Source: Centroscyllium fabricii (Eukaryota). Taken from it: DNA of 64,000 nucleotides. The notes under the pieces were generated by a model. It made no database searches and was not told the DNA's origin. It saw only the letters and a list, made by a program, of their open reading frames with translations. Within the stretch, counting starts at the first letter, position 1, and each line of letters opens with the position of its first letter. The DNA lies in contig JBNRSN020000029.1 in assembly GCA_051313645.2 (NCBI GenBank), positions 19,716,001 through 19,780,000 of the forward strand, given 5' to 3'. The position numbers were made by a program, and so were the translations under genes. Positions 38,051 to 50,723 of this stretch are shown piece after piece.

Positions 38051-38854
38051 TTCACTTTATTAAAGATGCAGATGAATTTGAAATAAGAGCAGCTGCCATC
38101 GCCATTGAAGCATAATCTACTAATGGACCACAATCTTAAATGTCATCTGTGAGGTGCAATTAATCTGGAAACAAGCTGGGCTACTGGTCAAAACCAAACT
38201 AATGCGGATGCAGCACAGCAGCTACCACGCACATTACCTGCACTGTGCCGAAGCAAACGATTCAGAAACATTAGCCAGCTCAAGATGAGAAGTTGCTGCT
38301 GCGAGTGTCTGAACTGAACTTAATTAGTTGATGCGAACTAATGTGTGTTTACAGACTGAGACTCTGACCAAATTATGAATTAGCCTGTCGCTGATCTTTC
38401 CCTTCATCTTTCAGTCCCCTTTCCCCAGCCCCCACAAGCTTTAAATCAATTCCCGCTCCCGGCTTCTCTAGTTTTGAATGAAGGTCTTCGACATGAAACG
38501 TCTACTCTGCTTCTCTCTCCGCCGATGCTGCCTGGCCTGTTGAGTTTCTGCAGCGTTTTTGTTGTTAGATTAAATTATAAACACCGGCTATCGGTGGCGG
38601 GCCAACTTAAACAACTGGTTAAGTGATTATGTCAACAGTCTCGAGTTTGTGACATGGAATTGTCATAAACAATTGGCATATGGGTTCATCACCAATAACC
38701 GGGAAATATTTTACGCTTGATTAACAAAAAGTTTTGAATATAAATAACGTTACTATATTTGTTATGTCAGAGATTGTAAATAATGTTGACATCTCATAAC
38801 GCCTCGGTAAATACAGGCCATGAATGCTGTCCAGTTTAATTTGTGCCCGCAAAA

Positions 38855-41260
38855 CATGAACATTAGAATTACTAGCAGGAATAGTCCATAAGGCCCCTCG
38901 AGCCCGCTCTGTGAATCAATAAGATCATGGCTGATCTTTGACATCATCTCCAATTTCCCAGCAAATATCCATGTCTTTTGATTCCCCTAGAGTCAAAACA
39001 TTATCTATTTCACCCTTGAATATACTCAACGAGTCAACATGGGGGTAGAGAATTCCAAGGATTCCCAAATCTTTGAGTGAATAAATTACTCCTCATCTCA
39101 GTTTTAAATGGCGGTCCCATTATCGTGAGTGCATAACTCCTATGTCTAGTTTCTCCAGCCAAGGGAAACAACCTCTTCGCTCTGTGCTGTCGATTGCCCT
39201 CGCAATCTTTTCCGTTTCAATGAGATATTCTCACGTTCTTTTATCCTCAAGAGAGTACAGTCACAATCTAGTCAATCTAGTCTTCGTTTTGCCGCCGATA
39301 AGGCAAGCATACCTTTCCTCAGATAAGGAGAACAAAAATGTGCACAATACTCCTGGTGTGGTCTCAACAAAGCTTTGCACAATTGTAGCAGGACTTCATT
39401 ACTCATGTACTCCAGACTCCTCGAAATAAAGACCAGCATGCCATTTGACTTCCCAATCGCTTGCTTTACCCACCTCCTAATTCTCTGTGTTTTATTTACG
39501 AGGACACCTACATTTCTCTGAACATCAAAGATAAATATTTTCTCAATATTTAACAAATATTCTGTTTTTCTATTCTTCCTACCAAACTTAATAACCTCAC
39601 ATTTCTCCTCATTTTACTCCATCTGCCATTTAATGTTCCACTCACTTAAAATGCTTATATCCCTTTGTATGCACTTTGTGTCCTCCACATAGCTTACTTT
39701 ACTACCGAGCTTTGTAGTGTTAGCATATTTGGATACATTCCACTCAGTCCCTTCATTTGAGCTATCATATTAATTGCAAACATTGGAGGAACATTCTGTG
39801 ATCCTTTCTGCAACCCATTAGTTACAGCCTGCCCTACTGAAAATGATCAATTTATTCCTAGTCTCTGTTTTCTATTCGTTAACCAATCCTCTATCTATGA
39901 TAATATGTTACCCCGACCCAATGAGCCGTCATTGTGGGGCACTGAAGGGATAATTCCTGTTCTTAGCACGTTTAGGCCTACCCCAGATCACATATATTTC
40001 ACCGACGTCCACTTTCATCTAACCTTTGAGGTAGCCGAATACTAAAGATGCTAAATTGGGTAAAAGTTCCAGACTATCTCTCTGTAAAGGAAAGGAACAA
40101 CCTGAAAATGTTAGCATCCAAGAGATACCACTTTTACTAAGACTAGCTGGACTGTAACTTTTCACATGTTATGAGGGTTCGGAAAACTCCCCCAGAATTC
40201 TGTAACTCCTCATCAAATAATGTACAGAAATTGAGTTCAGGAATATGACACAGAAGTCTTTGGTGAGACAATTTAGTAAATATATAGATTTGTTAATTTC
40301 AAGATGGTGAGTCAATCACAACATTAATGGTTCCAAAGACAGAAAGCTTACAATTCTCTTATCAGATAAAGTTAATCTCAAGTCTTAACTTCGCTACAGT
40401 TTTACAATAATTAACGTTCTATTCATGATTTCCAAAAAAAACAAATCAGTTTGCTCCCCAAGGTACACGGATTTGGAAACTTACCAGAGCCGCCTCTGAA
40501 GCCAACAATTGCTCTGCCTCTTTAAAGAGAGTCTGTTATCCCATTTGAGAGTTCAATATTTATAACCATTACCAGTGGTATTTCCTTTAAGGTTTTATGC
40601 TGATGTAGGCTAATTATCGCCAGTCATTTTTCTGCTTACCCCTGTAATTCCTACAGCCGCCTGAGCTGGTAGAATTACAGAATTATGCCTCTTCACTAGC
40701 TGTTCTAAGTTTACAATAAAAACGGTGTTACCGCAGGTGTGATTTTGACATGATGTCCTTTTTAACATGGCAGATGTTTCTTACTTTTCTGTGCCTTTTT
40801 ACGAAGTGTAAATTAGAACACCGAGTGCAGAGTGAAGCATTGTTTCATTCCAAAAATGTCAGCCTACCGGAACCTTTAAACTTCCATTTCAGTAAGATTA
40901 TTGATTCCGTGTCAACAACTATCTTATCTCTTTAGCCAGAATGCTTTCACGTCTTTGTCATGGTTCGGTTACTAGATTTCAAAACTCAGTTTGTCATGTT
41001 TTCATAAGTCCAGAAGTCTTTCATAGAATGGTGTGTTTTTCGGAGTATGGTATATGGCTTTTTCCTTCACAGCACTGTACCGAATGCTTTTTCGAAATCC
41101 AAATATTGTATATCCACTAGTTCCACTTCAGCTGCCTCACTAGTATCATTCTCACAAAACCCTAATAATTTTGATAAACACGAATTTCCTTTCGAAAAAC
41201 AATGTTTTCTGTCGCTAGTTATGCGCTACCACCTGAGACGAATTCTATTAAATCGTATCT
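38855..41260 (-). mobile_element. Decayed CR1 LINE split by a solo LTR
   Basis: ORF 39272-39556 (LLRPHQEYCAHF); CR1 sequence resumes at 41072 (DFEKAF-region remnant). Confidence 0.8.
39943..41071 (-). mobile_element. Solo LTR (~1.13 kb)
   Basis: TG...CA ends with a short inverted repeat (TGAAGG / CCTTCA); 4-bp TSD GCAC (39939-39942, 41072-41075); interrupts a CR1; minus-strand TATAAAT at 40558-40564. Confidence 0.72.
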
Positions 41261-41317
41261 AGTTATGGCTCAATAGAGGGTAACTCAGAGCAATAGGTTG
41301 CTGTGGATATTAAGTAT

Positions 41318-42909
41318 CCATAATGTGGAGGTGCTGGTGTTGGACTGGGGTGGACAAATGCAAGAAATCACAAAACACCAGATTATAGTCCAACAGTTTT
41401 ATTTTAAATCACAAGCTTTTGGAGCGCTGCTCATTCGTTAAGGTGAAAGAGAGAGACTGACTTAAAGAACGCACATATGAAGGGAGAAATCCGATATCTC
41501 CCACATCTCAACTCAGTAGAGATAGACAAACAAAGGCTTATTAACATATTTTAAGTGTTTCATTTAAACATAGCATATATAGAGAGAGATAACAATGTGG
41601 TCTCGCCAGTTGTTTCACATCACACCTCAGCTGAGGGGCATCAAAGCAATGAAAGGTGTTCCAACTTATCAGGCAGCCTAAGATCAAAGGGTGCAGTCAC
41701 AAAGGGTCAAATGTTACAGTCTGCTTTAAATCCCACATAATAATTCTTTAAAAACAAGGATTTTTCTTACTTAAAATCGCAGAACAAGCCAAAGATGGTT
41801 CGAGTCTGGATGACTCTACGTCAGGCGGGGTCACATGTAGCGCGACATAAACCCAATATCACGGTTGAGGCCGTGCTCATGGGTGCGTAACTTGGCTATC
41901 AGCCTCTGCTCGACGATTTTGCGTTGTCGTGTGTCTCGATGGCCACCCTGGAGAATGTTCACCCGAAGATCGGAAGATAAATGTCCTTGTCTGCAGAAAT
42001 GTTACCCGACTGGGAGGGAACACTCCTGCCTGGCGATTGTTGCGTGGTGCCCGTTCATCCATTCTCGTAGTGTCTGCATGGTCTCGTCGATGTACCATGC
42101 CCCGGGGCATGCTTTCCTGCAATGTATGAGGCAGACAACTTTGGTCGAGTTACATGAGTATGTACTATGTACCTGGTGTGTTGTGTCCTCACGTGTGATG
42201 ATGGTATCTGTGCTGATGATTTGGCACGTTTTGCAGAGGTTGCTGTGGCATGGTTGTGTGGTGTCGTGGTTGCTGTTCTCCTGAAGGCTGGGTAATTTGC
42301 TGCGAACGATAGTCAGTTTGAGGTTAGGCGGCTGTTTGAAGGCGAGTAGTGGAGGCGTGGGGACTGCCTTAGCGAGGTGTTCATCATCATCAATGACATG
42401 CAACAGTGATATTGGGTTTATGTCGCGCTACATGTGACCCCGCCTGACGTAGAGTCATCCAGACTCGAACCATCTTTGGCTTGTTCTGCGATTTTAAGTA
42501 AGAAAATCCTTGTTTTAAAAAAATCATTATTTGGGATTTAAAGCAGACTGTAACATTTGACCCTTTGTGACTGCAACCTTTGATCTCAGGCTGGCTGATA
42601 TGTTGGAACACCTTTGATTGCTTTGATGTCCCTCAGCTGAGGTGTGATGTGAAACAACTGGAGAGAACACATTGCTATCTCTCTCTATATATGCTATGTT
42701 TAAATGAAACACTTAAAATATGTTAATAGGCCTTTGTGTGTCTATCTCTACTGAGGTGAGATGTGGGAGATACCGGATTTCTCCCTTCATTTGTGCGTTC
42801 TTTAAGTCAGTCTCTCACTTTCACCTTGAAAAAGGAGCAGCGTTCCGAAAGCTTGTGATTTAAAATAAAATTGTTGGACTATAATCTGGTGTTGTGTGAC
42901 TTCTTGCAT
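41318..42909 (-). mobile_element. Penelope-like insertion: GIY-YIG fragment flanked by ~500-bp inverted pseudo-LTRs
   Basis: ORF 42002-42403 (KQPPNLK..C..C..YSCNSTKVVCLIHC..WYIDET..LREWMNGH); arms ~41358-41862 and ~42406-42909 are reverse complements; 11-bp TSD ATATTAAGTAT (41307-41317, 42910-42920). Confidence 0.9.
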
Positions 42910-43618
42910 ATATTAAGTATTGCTGAGAAACCCAAAAGCAGTCTCGCTCCAAAAGCAGATCCATATATGGGAAAATGTGAATACTCTCCTGGCTTCATCT
43001 TCCTTTGTCTAGGTACGAAATGGGCTAGCTATAGCACATAGATTGTGTCTGTTGGGAGTCTGCCGCAGCTGTCCTTTGTTCCTGAAGCCTCATGCCTGTT
43101 TTATGAATCCTCCCGGTTATACTTTTCTTAGGAATACAAGAAAATAGAAACCGAAAGAGGCAAGTCATCTTCTCGAGTCTGTTCCGGCATTCACTTAGCT
43201 CATGGTTGATCTGCATCTTAACTCCATCCACACGATTTGGCTTCAAATTCTTTTTCACTCTTGTCGATCTCAGATTTTAAATGTGGGAGAGAGTTTCACA
43301 TGCTACCACCCTTTGCGTGAAGAAATTAATTCTCGCCTGAATGGCCTGGCTCTTGTTTTGACGTTATTTATCCTTGTCCTCGACTCCCCACCAGAGATAA
43401 AGGTTTCTCCATATCTAACCTGTAAATTGGTTTCAAAACCAAACAAATTCAATGAAATCACCTTTAACCTTTTATATTACAGGGTGTGCAAGCGTTGGTT
43501 GTGTAAGCTCTCCTCAGAATCGAACCCTTGCATCCCTGGTATCATTCTGGTGTAGATGCACAGCAGTCACTCCAAGGCCAGTGTTCCCTTAGAAAGACAC
43601 GGTGCCAGCACTCATATT

Positions 43619-44205
43619 GGGCCAAACATTACCGTGACCTCGGGCCGTTCTGGAGCCACTTACTCACGTGTGTTGTCTCCAATTTACAGGGAACTGCTAT
43701 TTCCGGTGCTAGCTGTAATTCTGATGAAGGCCAGTGGGGGTTCGGGAGCTGCAGCGAGCTGCATCGCATTCACATGCACACCAGTAGGAGTGCAGTATTA
43801 TTGCAATTTTTTAAAATAGTTTTTAATCTGTGCAGGTATCCGGAAAGTTACGCTGAAAAATATCAGCCATAACCATCACTTCTTATCAGGTAAGTGTTTT
43901 ATATTATGGAATTTAAGTATTTTTTCAGATTTTTACTTTTTTTAAACTTTAAAGACAGATAACTATTTTTCTAGGCCAGTTAAAAACGTAATTTTTTTTT
44001 GTAAATGTTTATTTTTATGTATTGGCTCCCTGCAGATCACGTGGTGCCACGCGACGTTGTGTTTCACCAGCACGGCGCCTGGAGCCTGCAGCAGCCTTAC
44101 AAATCGGCATTTTACTTCTTAGAATTGCAGAACAGCAGGAGTGCAGGGTAAGTGTACATTGGAGACTTACACTCGCAGGAAGGCTCCGAGGCAAATTTTT
44201 GGGCC
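43619..44205. mobile_element. Harbinger-type MITE inside a decayed CR1 (~43140-44300)
   Basis: GGGCCAAACATT / AATTTTTGGGCC ends; TSD ATT on both sides. Confidence 0.7.
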
Positions 44206-46790
44206 ATTACCTTGTTAAATCTCGACTAATTATGTTACAGAATCTGGACAGGAAAATATCACTGGCTATGTTGATATCAAGATTTGCAGTTTTGTTTGGT
44301 TATTTCCTTTTGAATATAGAGGTGCATAGCCTGACACTGTTGCTCTTAATGTTGAGTCCAGAATGCGGTAAAGTGCCCAATCGAAAGTTGAGATGCTCTT
44401 CGTTGAGCTTACGTTGCGCTTCACTGAAACAGAGTAAGAGGCTGAGGGTAGAGAGATCAGAGTGGGAGTGAAGTGGATAATTAAAGCGACGGGTCAGTGG
44501 AAGACTGGAATTTCTGGCCCACTGTGTCAGTTTGGTGGTGATTGGTCAGTTCATGTTGATGGGCCGGTTTGGTGTAATTTGTCACTTTGTGTTGAATTGT
44601 TAGTTTAGTAGTGATTGGTCAGTTTGTGGGTTCTAAGTAGGTTTGGGATGATTAGTTCATTTGGTTTGATTGGTCAGGTTGTGTTGATATGTCTATTTGG
44701 AATAATTGGTCAGTATAGGGAATTTGGTCATTTATATGGTGATTGGCCAGTATGGGTTTGATTGGTCAATTTGTGTTCATGGATCAGTTTCAGGTGATTG
44801 TTTAATTTGGCGTATTTTGTCAGTTTATGGTGATTGGTCAGTTTCGGGTGATTGGTCAGTTTATGTTGATGGGTCAGTTTGGGGTGAAAGGTGAGTTTGA
44901 GGTGATTAATCAGTTTATGTTGATGGGTTATTTTGGGTTGATGGTTCAGTTTGCTCTGATTGGTCTCTGTGTGTTGATGCGTTATTTTGGGTCTGCTCCG
45001 TCAGTTTGTGTCAACTTGTCAGTTTGGGGAAATTGGTCAGTTTTTCTTGATGTGTCAGATTGGGGTGATTGCTCTGTTTGGGGATGATTTGTCAGTTTAG
45101 GGTGATTGTTCCGTTTGGGGGTGAGAGCTCAGTTTGTGTTGATTGTTCAGTTTAGGGTGATTGCTCAGTTGGTGTTTATGGGTCTTTTTGGAATGATAGG
45201 TCAGTTTTGCGTGTTTGGCCAATTTGGCGTTACTGGCCAGTTTGGGATTCTTTGGTCGATTTGTGTTGATGGGTCAGTTTCGGGTGATTGTTCAGTTTGT
45301 CGTATTTGCTGTGTATGGGGTGATTGGTAATTTTCGGGGGATTAGTTGATGTGTCAGTTTGGGGTGATTGGTTATTTTGAAGTGATTGGTCACTGCGTTG
45401 ATTGGCCAGTTTGTGGGTGATGTATCAATTTGTGTTGAAGTGTCCTTTTGGCGTGGTCACTCTGTGTTAACGGGTCAGTTTGGGGCAGATTTTTCAGTTT
45501 GTAGATTCTAGGTCAGTTTCGTGTGACTAGTTAGCTTGGGTTGGTTGGTCCGTTTGTGTTGATTGGTTTATTTGGCATCTTGGTCAGTGTAGGGTGTTTG
45601 GTCATTTTGTGATGTTTGGCCAGTTTGGGTTTGATTGGCCCATTGGTGTTGTTGGGTCAGTTTGGGGTGATTGTTCAATTTTGCGTATTTGGTCAATTTG
45701 TGTTGATGGGTTAGTTTGGGGGTAATTGGTGAGTATGCGTTGATTGGCCTGATTGTGGGTGATGGATCAATTTGTGTTGATGGTTCTGTTTGGGGTGATT
45801 AGTCAGTATGTCTTGATGAGTAAAGGTGGGGGTGCTGGTTCACTTTGCGTAGATTGGACAGTATGAGGGTGATGTGTCAGTTTGTTGTGAATTAATCAGT
45901 TTATTTTGATGGTTCAGTTTGGGCTTACTCACTAGTTTGGGTGATTGGTCAATTTGTGTTGATGGGTCATTTTGGGGCTGCTCGGTCAGTTTGTGTCGAT
46001 GGGTCAATTTGGGGAGGTTGGTTAATTTTAATTGAAGTGTCATATTGGGGTGATTGACCATTTTCGGGCTGATTTTTTAAGTTTAGGGTGATTGCTCAGT
46101 TTGGTGTGATTGATCAGTTTGTGTTGATGGGTCAGTTTCGGGGTGATTGGTCAGTTTGTGCTGAGGCGTCCGTTTTGGTTGATTTGACAGTTTGAGGTGA
46201 TTGGTCATTTTGAGAGTGATGGGTCAGTTTTGTATTGACAGGTCGGTCGTGGTGAATTGGTCAGTTTGTGGGTGATGGGTCAGTTTGTGTTGATGGGTCA
46301 TTTTCTGTTGATTACTCAGTTTGATGGTGATGGATTTGTTCGAGTTGATGTGTCACTTTTTGAGTGATTGGTCTGTTTGGTTAATGAGCCAGATTTGGGG
46401 TGATGGTTCAGTTTGTGTTGGCTGTTCAGTTTGAGGATGATGCGTTATTTTGCACTGATTAATTAGTTTATGTTGATAGTTCAGTTTAGGGTGATTGGTC
46501 AGTTTGGGCTGATTAGTCAGTTTGTGTGGATCGGAATTTTTGGGGCTGATTGGGCAGTTTGTGTTGATGGGTCAGTTTGGGCTAGTTTGGTCAGTTTTTG
46601 TAGATGTGTCAGTTTGGGTGTGATTTGTCATTTTTTGTTGATGGGTCTTACAGGGGTGATTGGTGAATTTGGGGTGATGTTTCACTTGCACGTATTGGGT
46701 CAGTTTGTGGATAATGGATCAGTTTGGTTTAATGGCTAAGTGTTGTAGTAATGGTCCATGTGGTGGGGATTGGTAAGTTTGGGGGAGATT

Positions 46791-49700
46791 GGTCAGTTTG
46801 GGGGTGATTGTTCAGTTTGTCTTGCTGGTCCGGTTTATGGTGATTGGTCAGTTTGTGTTAATGTGTCAGTTTGGTGGTGATTGGTCAGTTCGTGTTGATG
46901 GGCCTGTTTGGCGTAATTTGGCACTTTATGTTGATTTGTCAGTTTAGTGGAGATGGGTCAGATTGTGGGTTCTAAGTAAGTTTGGGATGATTAGTTCGTT
47001 TGGTTTGATTGGTCAGTTTTGTGTTGATATGTCTATTTGGAACAATTGGTCAGTATAGGGTATTTGGTCATTTATGGGGTGATTGGCCAGTATGGGTTTG
47101 ATTTGTCAATTTGTATTGATGGATCAGTTTCAGGTGATTGTTCAATTTGGCGTATTTGTTCAGTTTGTGGTGATTGGTCAGTTTCACGTGATTGGTCAGT
47201 TGGTGTTGATGGGTCAGCCTGGGGTGAAAGATGAGTTTGAGGTGATTAATAAATTTATGTTGATGGATCAGTTTGGGTTGATGGGTCAGTTTGGTCTGAT
47301 TGGTCTGTGTGTGTTTATGCGTCATTTTGGGTCTGCTCCGTCAGTTTGTGCTAACTTGTCAGTTTGAGGAAATTGGTCAGTTTTTCTTGATGTGTCAGAT
47401 TGGGGCGATTGATCTGTTTGGAGATGATTTGTCAGTTTAGGGTGATTGTTCCGTTTGAGGGTGAGGGCTCAGTTTGTGTTGATGGTTCAGTTTGGGCTGA
47501 TTGCTCAGTTTGTGTTTATGGGTCGTTTTGGAATGATAGGTCAGTTTTGCGTGTTTGGTCAATTTGGCATTACTGGCCAGTTTGGTATTGATTGGTCGAT
47601 TTATGTTGATGGGTCATTATCGGGTGATTGTTGAGTTTGTCGTATTTGCTCTGTATGGGGTGATTGGTCAGTTTCGGGTGATTGGTCATTTTGTGTTGAT
47701 GTGTCAGTTTGGGGTGATTGGTCAGTTTGAGGTGATTCGTCACTGCATTGATTGGCCAGTTTGTGAGTGATGGATCAGAATGTGTTGATGTGTCATTTTG
47801 GGAGTGATTGTCGGTTCCTGTTGATGGGTCAGTTTGGCGTTGTCACTCTGTGTTAACGGGTCAATTTGGGGCAGATTGGTCAATTTGTGGATTCTAGGTC
47901 AGTGTGATGTGATTAGTTAGCTTGGGTTGGTTGGTAAATTTGTGTTGATGGGTCTATTTGGCACCTTGGTCAGTGTAGGGTGTTTGGTCATTTTGTGATG
48001 ATTGGCCAGTTTGGGTTTGACTGGTCGATTTGTGCTGTTGCGTCAGTTTGGGGTGATGGTTCAATTTTCCGTATTGGGTCAATTTGTATTGATTGGTCAG
48101 TTTGGGTGTGATTGGTCAGTATGCGTTGATTGGCCAGATTGTGTGTGATGGATCGATTTTTGTTGATGGGTCAGTTTGGGGGTGATTGGTCAGCAAGTCT
48201 TGATGAGTAAAGATGGGGGTGATGGTTCATTTTGTGTTAATTGGACAGTATGACGGTGATGGGTCAGTTTGCTGTGATTAATCAGTTTATGTTGATGGTT
48301 CAGTTTGGGATTTTGTGCTAGTTTGTGTGATTGGTCAATTTGTGTTGATGGGTCATTTTGGGTCTGCTTGGTCAGTTTGTGTCGATGGGTCAATTTGGGG
48401 ACGTTGGTCAATTTTTATTGAAATGTCAGATTGGGGTGATTGATCAGTTTGTGGATGACTGCTCAGTTTAGGATGATTGTTCAGTTTAGGGTGATTGCTC
48501 AGTTTGTGTTGAATTGTCAGTTTGGTTTGATTATCAATTTGTGGTGACGGGTCAGTTTGGGGATGATTGGTCAGTTTGGTTTGATTGGTCAAATTGGGCT
48601 GACGGGTCGGTTTGGGGATGATTGGTCAGTTTGGTGAGATTCATCAGTTTGGGAATGATTAATCGATTTGTGATGAAGTGCCAGTTTAGGGCGATGGGTC
48701 CATTGTTGTTTATGGTCAGTTTGGGCGATTGGTAAGTTTTTATTTTTGGGTCAGTTGGGGGTGATTGTTCAGTTTGTCTTGATGGTCCGGTTTATGGTGA
48801 TTGGTCAGTTTGTGTTAATGTGTCAGTTTGGTGGTGATTGGTCAGTTCGTGTTGATGGGCCTGTTTGGCGTAATTTGGCACTTTATGTTGATTTGTCAGT
48901 TTAGTGGAGATGGGTCAGATTGTGGGTTCTAAGTAAGTTTGGGATGATTAGTTCGTTTGGTTTGATTGGTCAGTTTTGTGTTGATATGTCTATTTGGAAC
49001 AATTGGTCAGTATAGGGTATTTGGTCATTTATGGGGTGATTGGCCAGTATGGGTTTGATTTGTCAATTTGTATTGATGGATCAGTTTCAGGTGATTGTTC
49101 AATTTGGCGTATTTGTTCAGTTTGTGGTGATTGGTCAGTTTCACGTGATTGGTCAGTTGGTGTTGATGGGTCAGCCTGGGGTGAAAGATGAGTTTGAGGT
49201 GATTAATACATTTATGTTGATGGATCAGTTTGGGTTGATGGGTCAGTTTGGTCTGATTGGTCTTTGTGTGTTTATGCGTCATTTTGGGTCTGCTCCGTCA
49301 GTTTGTGCTAACTTGTCAGTTTGAGGAAATTGGTCAGTTTTTCTTGATGTGTCAGATTGGGGCGATTGATCTGTTTGGAGATGATTTGTCAGTTTAGGGT
49401 GATTGTTCCGTTTGGGGGTGAGGGCTCAGTTTGTGTTGATGGTTCAGTTTGGGCTGATTGCTCAGTTTGTGTTTATGGGTCGTTTTGGAATGATAGGTCA
49501 GTTTTGCGTGTTTGGTCAATTTGGCATTACTGGCCAGTTTGGGATTGATTGGTCGATTTATGTTGATGGGTCATTATCGGGTGATTGTTGAGTTTGTCGT
49601 ATTTGCTCTGTATGGGGTGATTGGTCAGTTTCGGGTGATTGGTCATTTTCTGTTGATGTGTCAGTTTGGGGTGATTGGTCAGTTTGAGGTGATTCGTCAC

Positions 49701-50723
49701 TGCATTGATTGGCCAGTTTGTGAGTGATGGATCAGAATGTGTTGATGTGTCATTTTGGGAGTGATTGTCGGTTCCTGTTGATGGGTTAGTTTGGCGTTGT
49801 CACTCTGTGTTAACGGGTCAATTTGGGGCAGATTGGTCAATTTGTGGATTCTAGGTCAGTGTGATGTGATTAGTTAGCTTGGGTTGGTTGGTAAATTTGT
49901 GTTGATGGGTCTATTTGGCACCTTGGTCAGTGTAGGGTGTTTGGTCATTTTGTGATGATTGGCCAGTTTGGGTTTGACTGGTCGATTTGTGCTGTTGCGT
50001 CAGTTTGGGGTGATGGTTCAATTTTCCGTATTGGGTCAATTTGTATTGATTGGTCAGTTTGGGTGTGATTGGTCAGTATGCGTTGATTGGCCAGATTGTG
50101 TGTGATGGATCGATTTTTGTTGATGGGTCAGTTTGGGGGTGATTGGTCAGCAAGTCTTGATGAGTAAAGATGGGGGTGATGGTTCATTTTGTGTTAATTG
50201 GACAGTATGACGGTGATGGGTCAGTTTGCTGTGATTAATCAGTTTATGTTGATGGTTCAGTTTGGAATTTTGTGCTAGTTTGGGTGATTGGTCAATTTGT
50301 GTTGATGGGTCATTTTGGGTCTGCTTGGTCAGTTTGTGTCGATGGGTCAATTTGGGGACGTTGGTCAATTTTTATTGAAATGTCAGATTGGGGTGATTGA
50401 TCAGTTTGTGGATGACTGCTCAGTTTAGGATGATTGTTCAGTTTAGGGTGATTGCTCAGTTTGTGTTGAATTGTCAGTTTGGTTTGATTATCAATTTGTG
50501 GTGACGGGTCAGTTTGGGGATGATTGGTCAGTTTGGTTTGATTGGTCAAATTGGGCTGACGGGTCAGTTTGGGGATGATTGGTCAGTTTGGTGAGATTCA
50601 TCAGTTTGGGAATGATTAATCGATTTGTGATGAAGTGCCAGTTTAGGGCGATGGGTCCATTGTTGTTTATGGTCAGTTTGGGCGATTGGTAAGTTTTTAT
50701 TTTTGGGTCAGTTGGGGGTGATT
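46791..50723. repeat. Near-perfect 1957-bp tandem duplication within the satellite
   Basis: ORF pairs are offset by exactly 1957 (47037/48994, 47400/49357, 48190/50147, 48353/50310) with only scattered substitutions. Confidence 0.95.
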
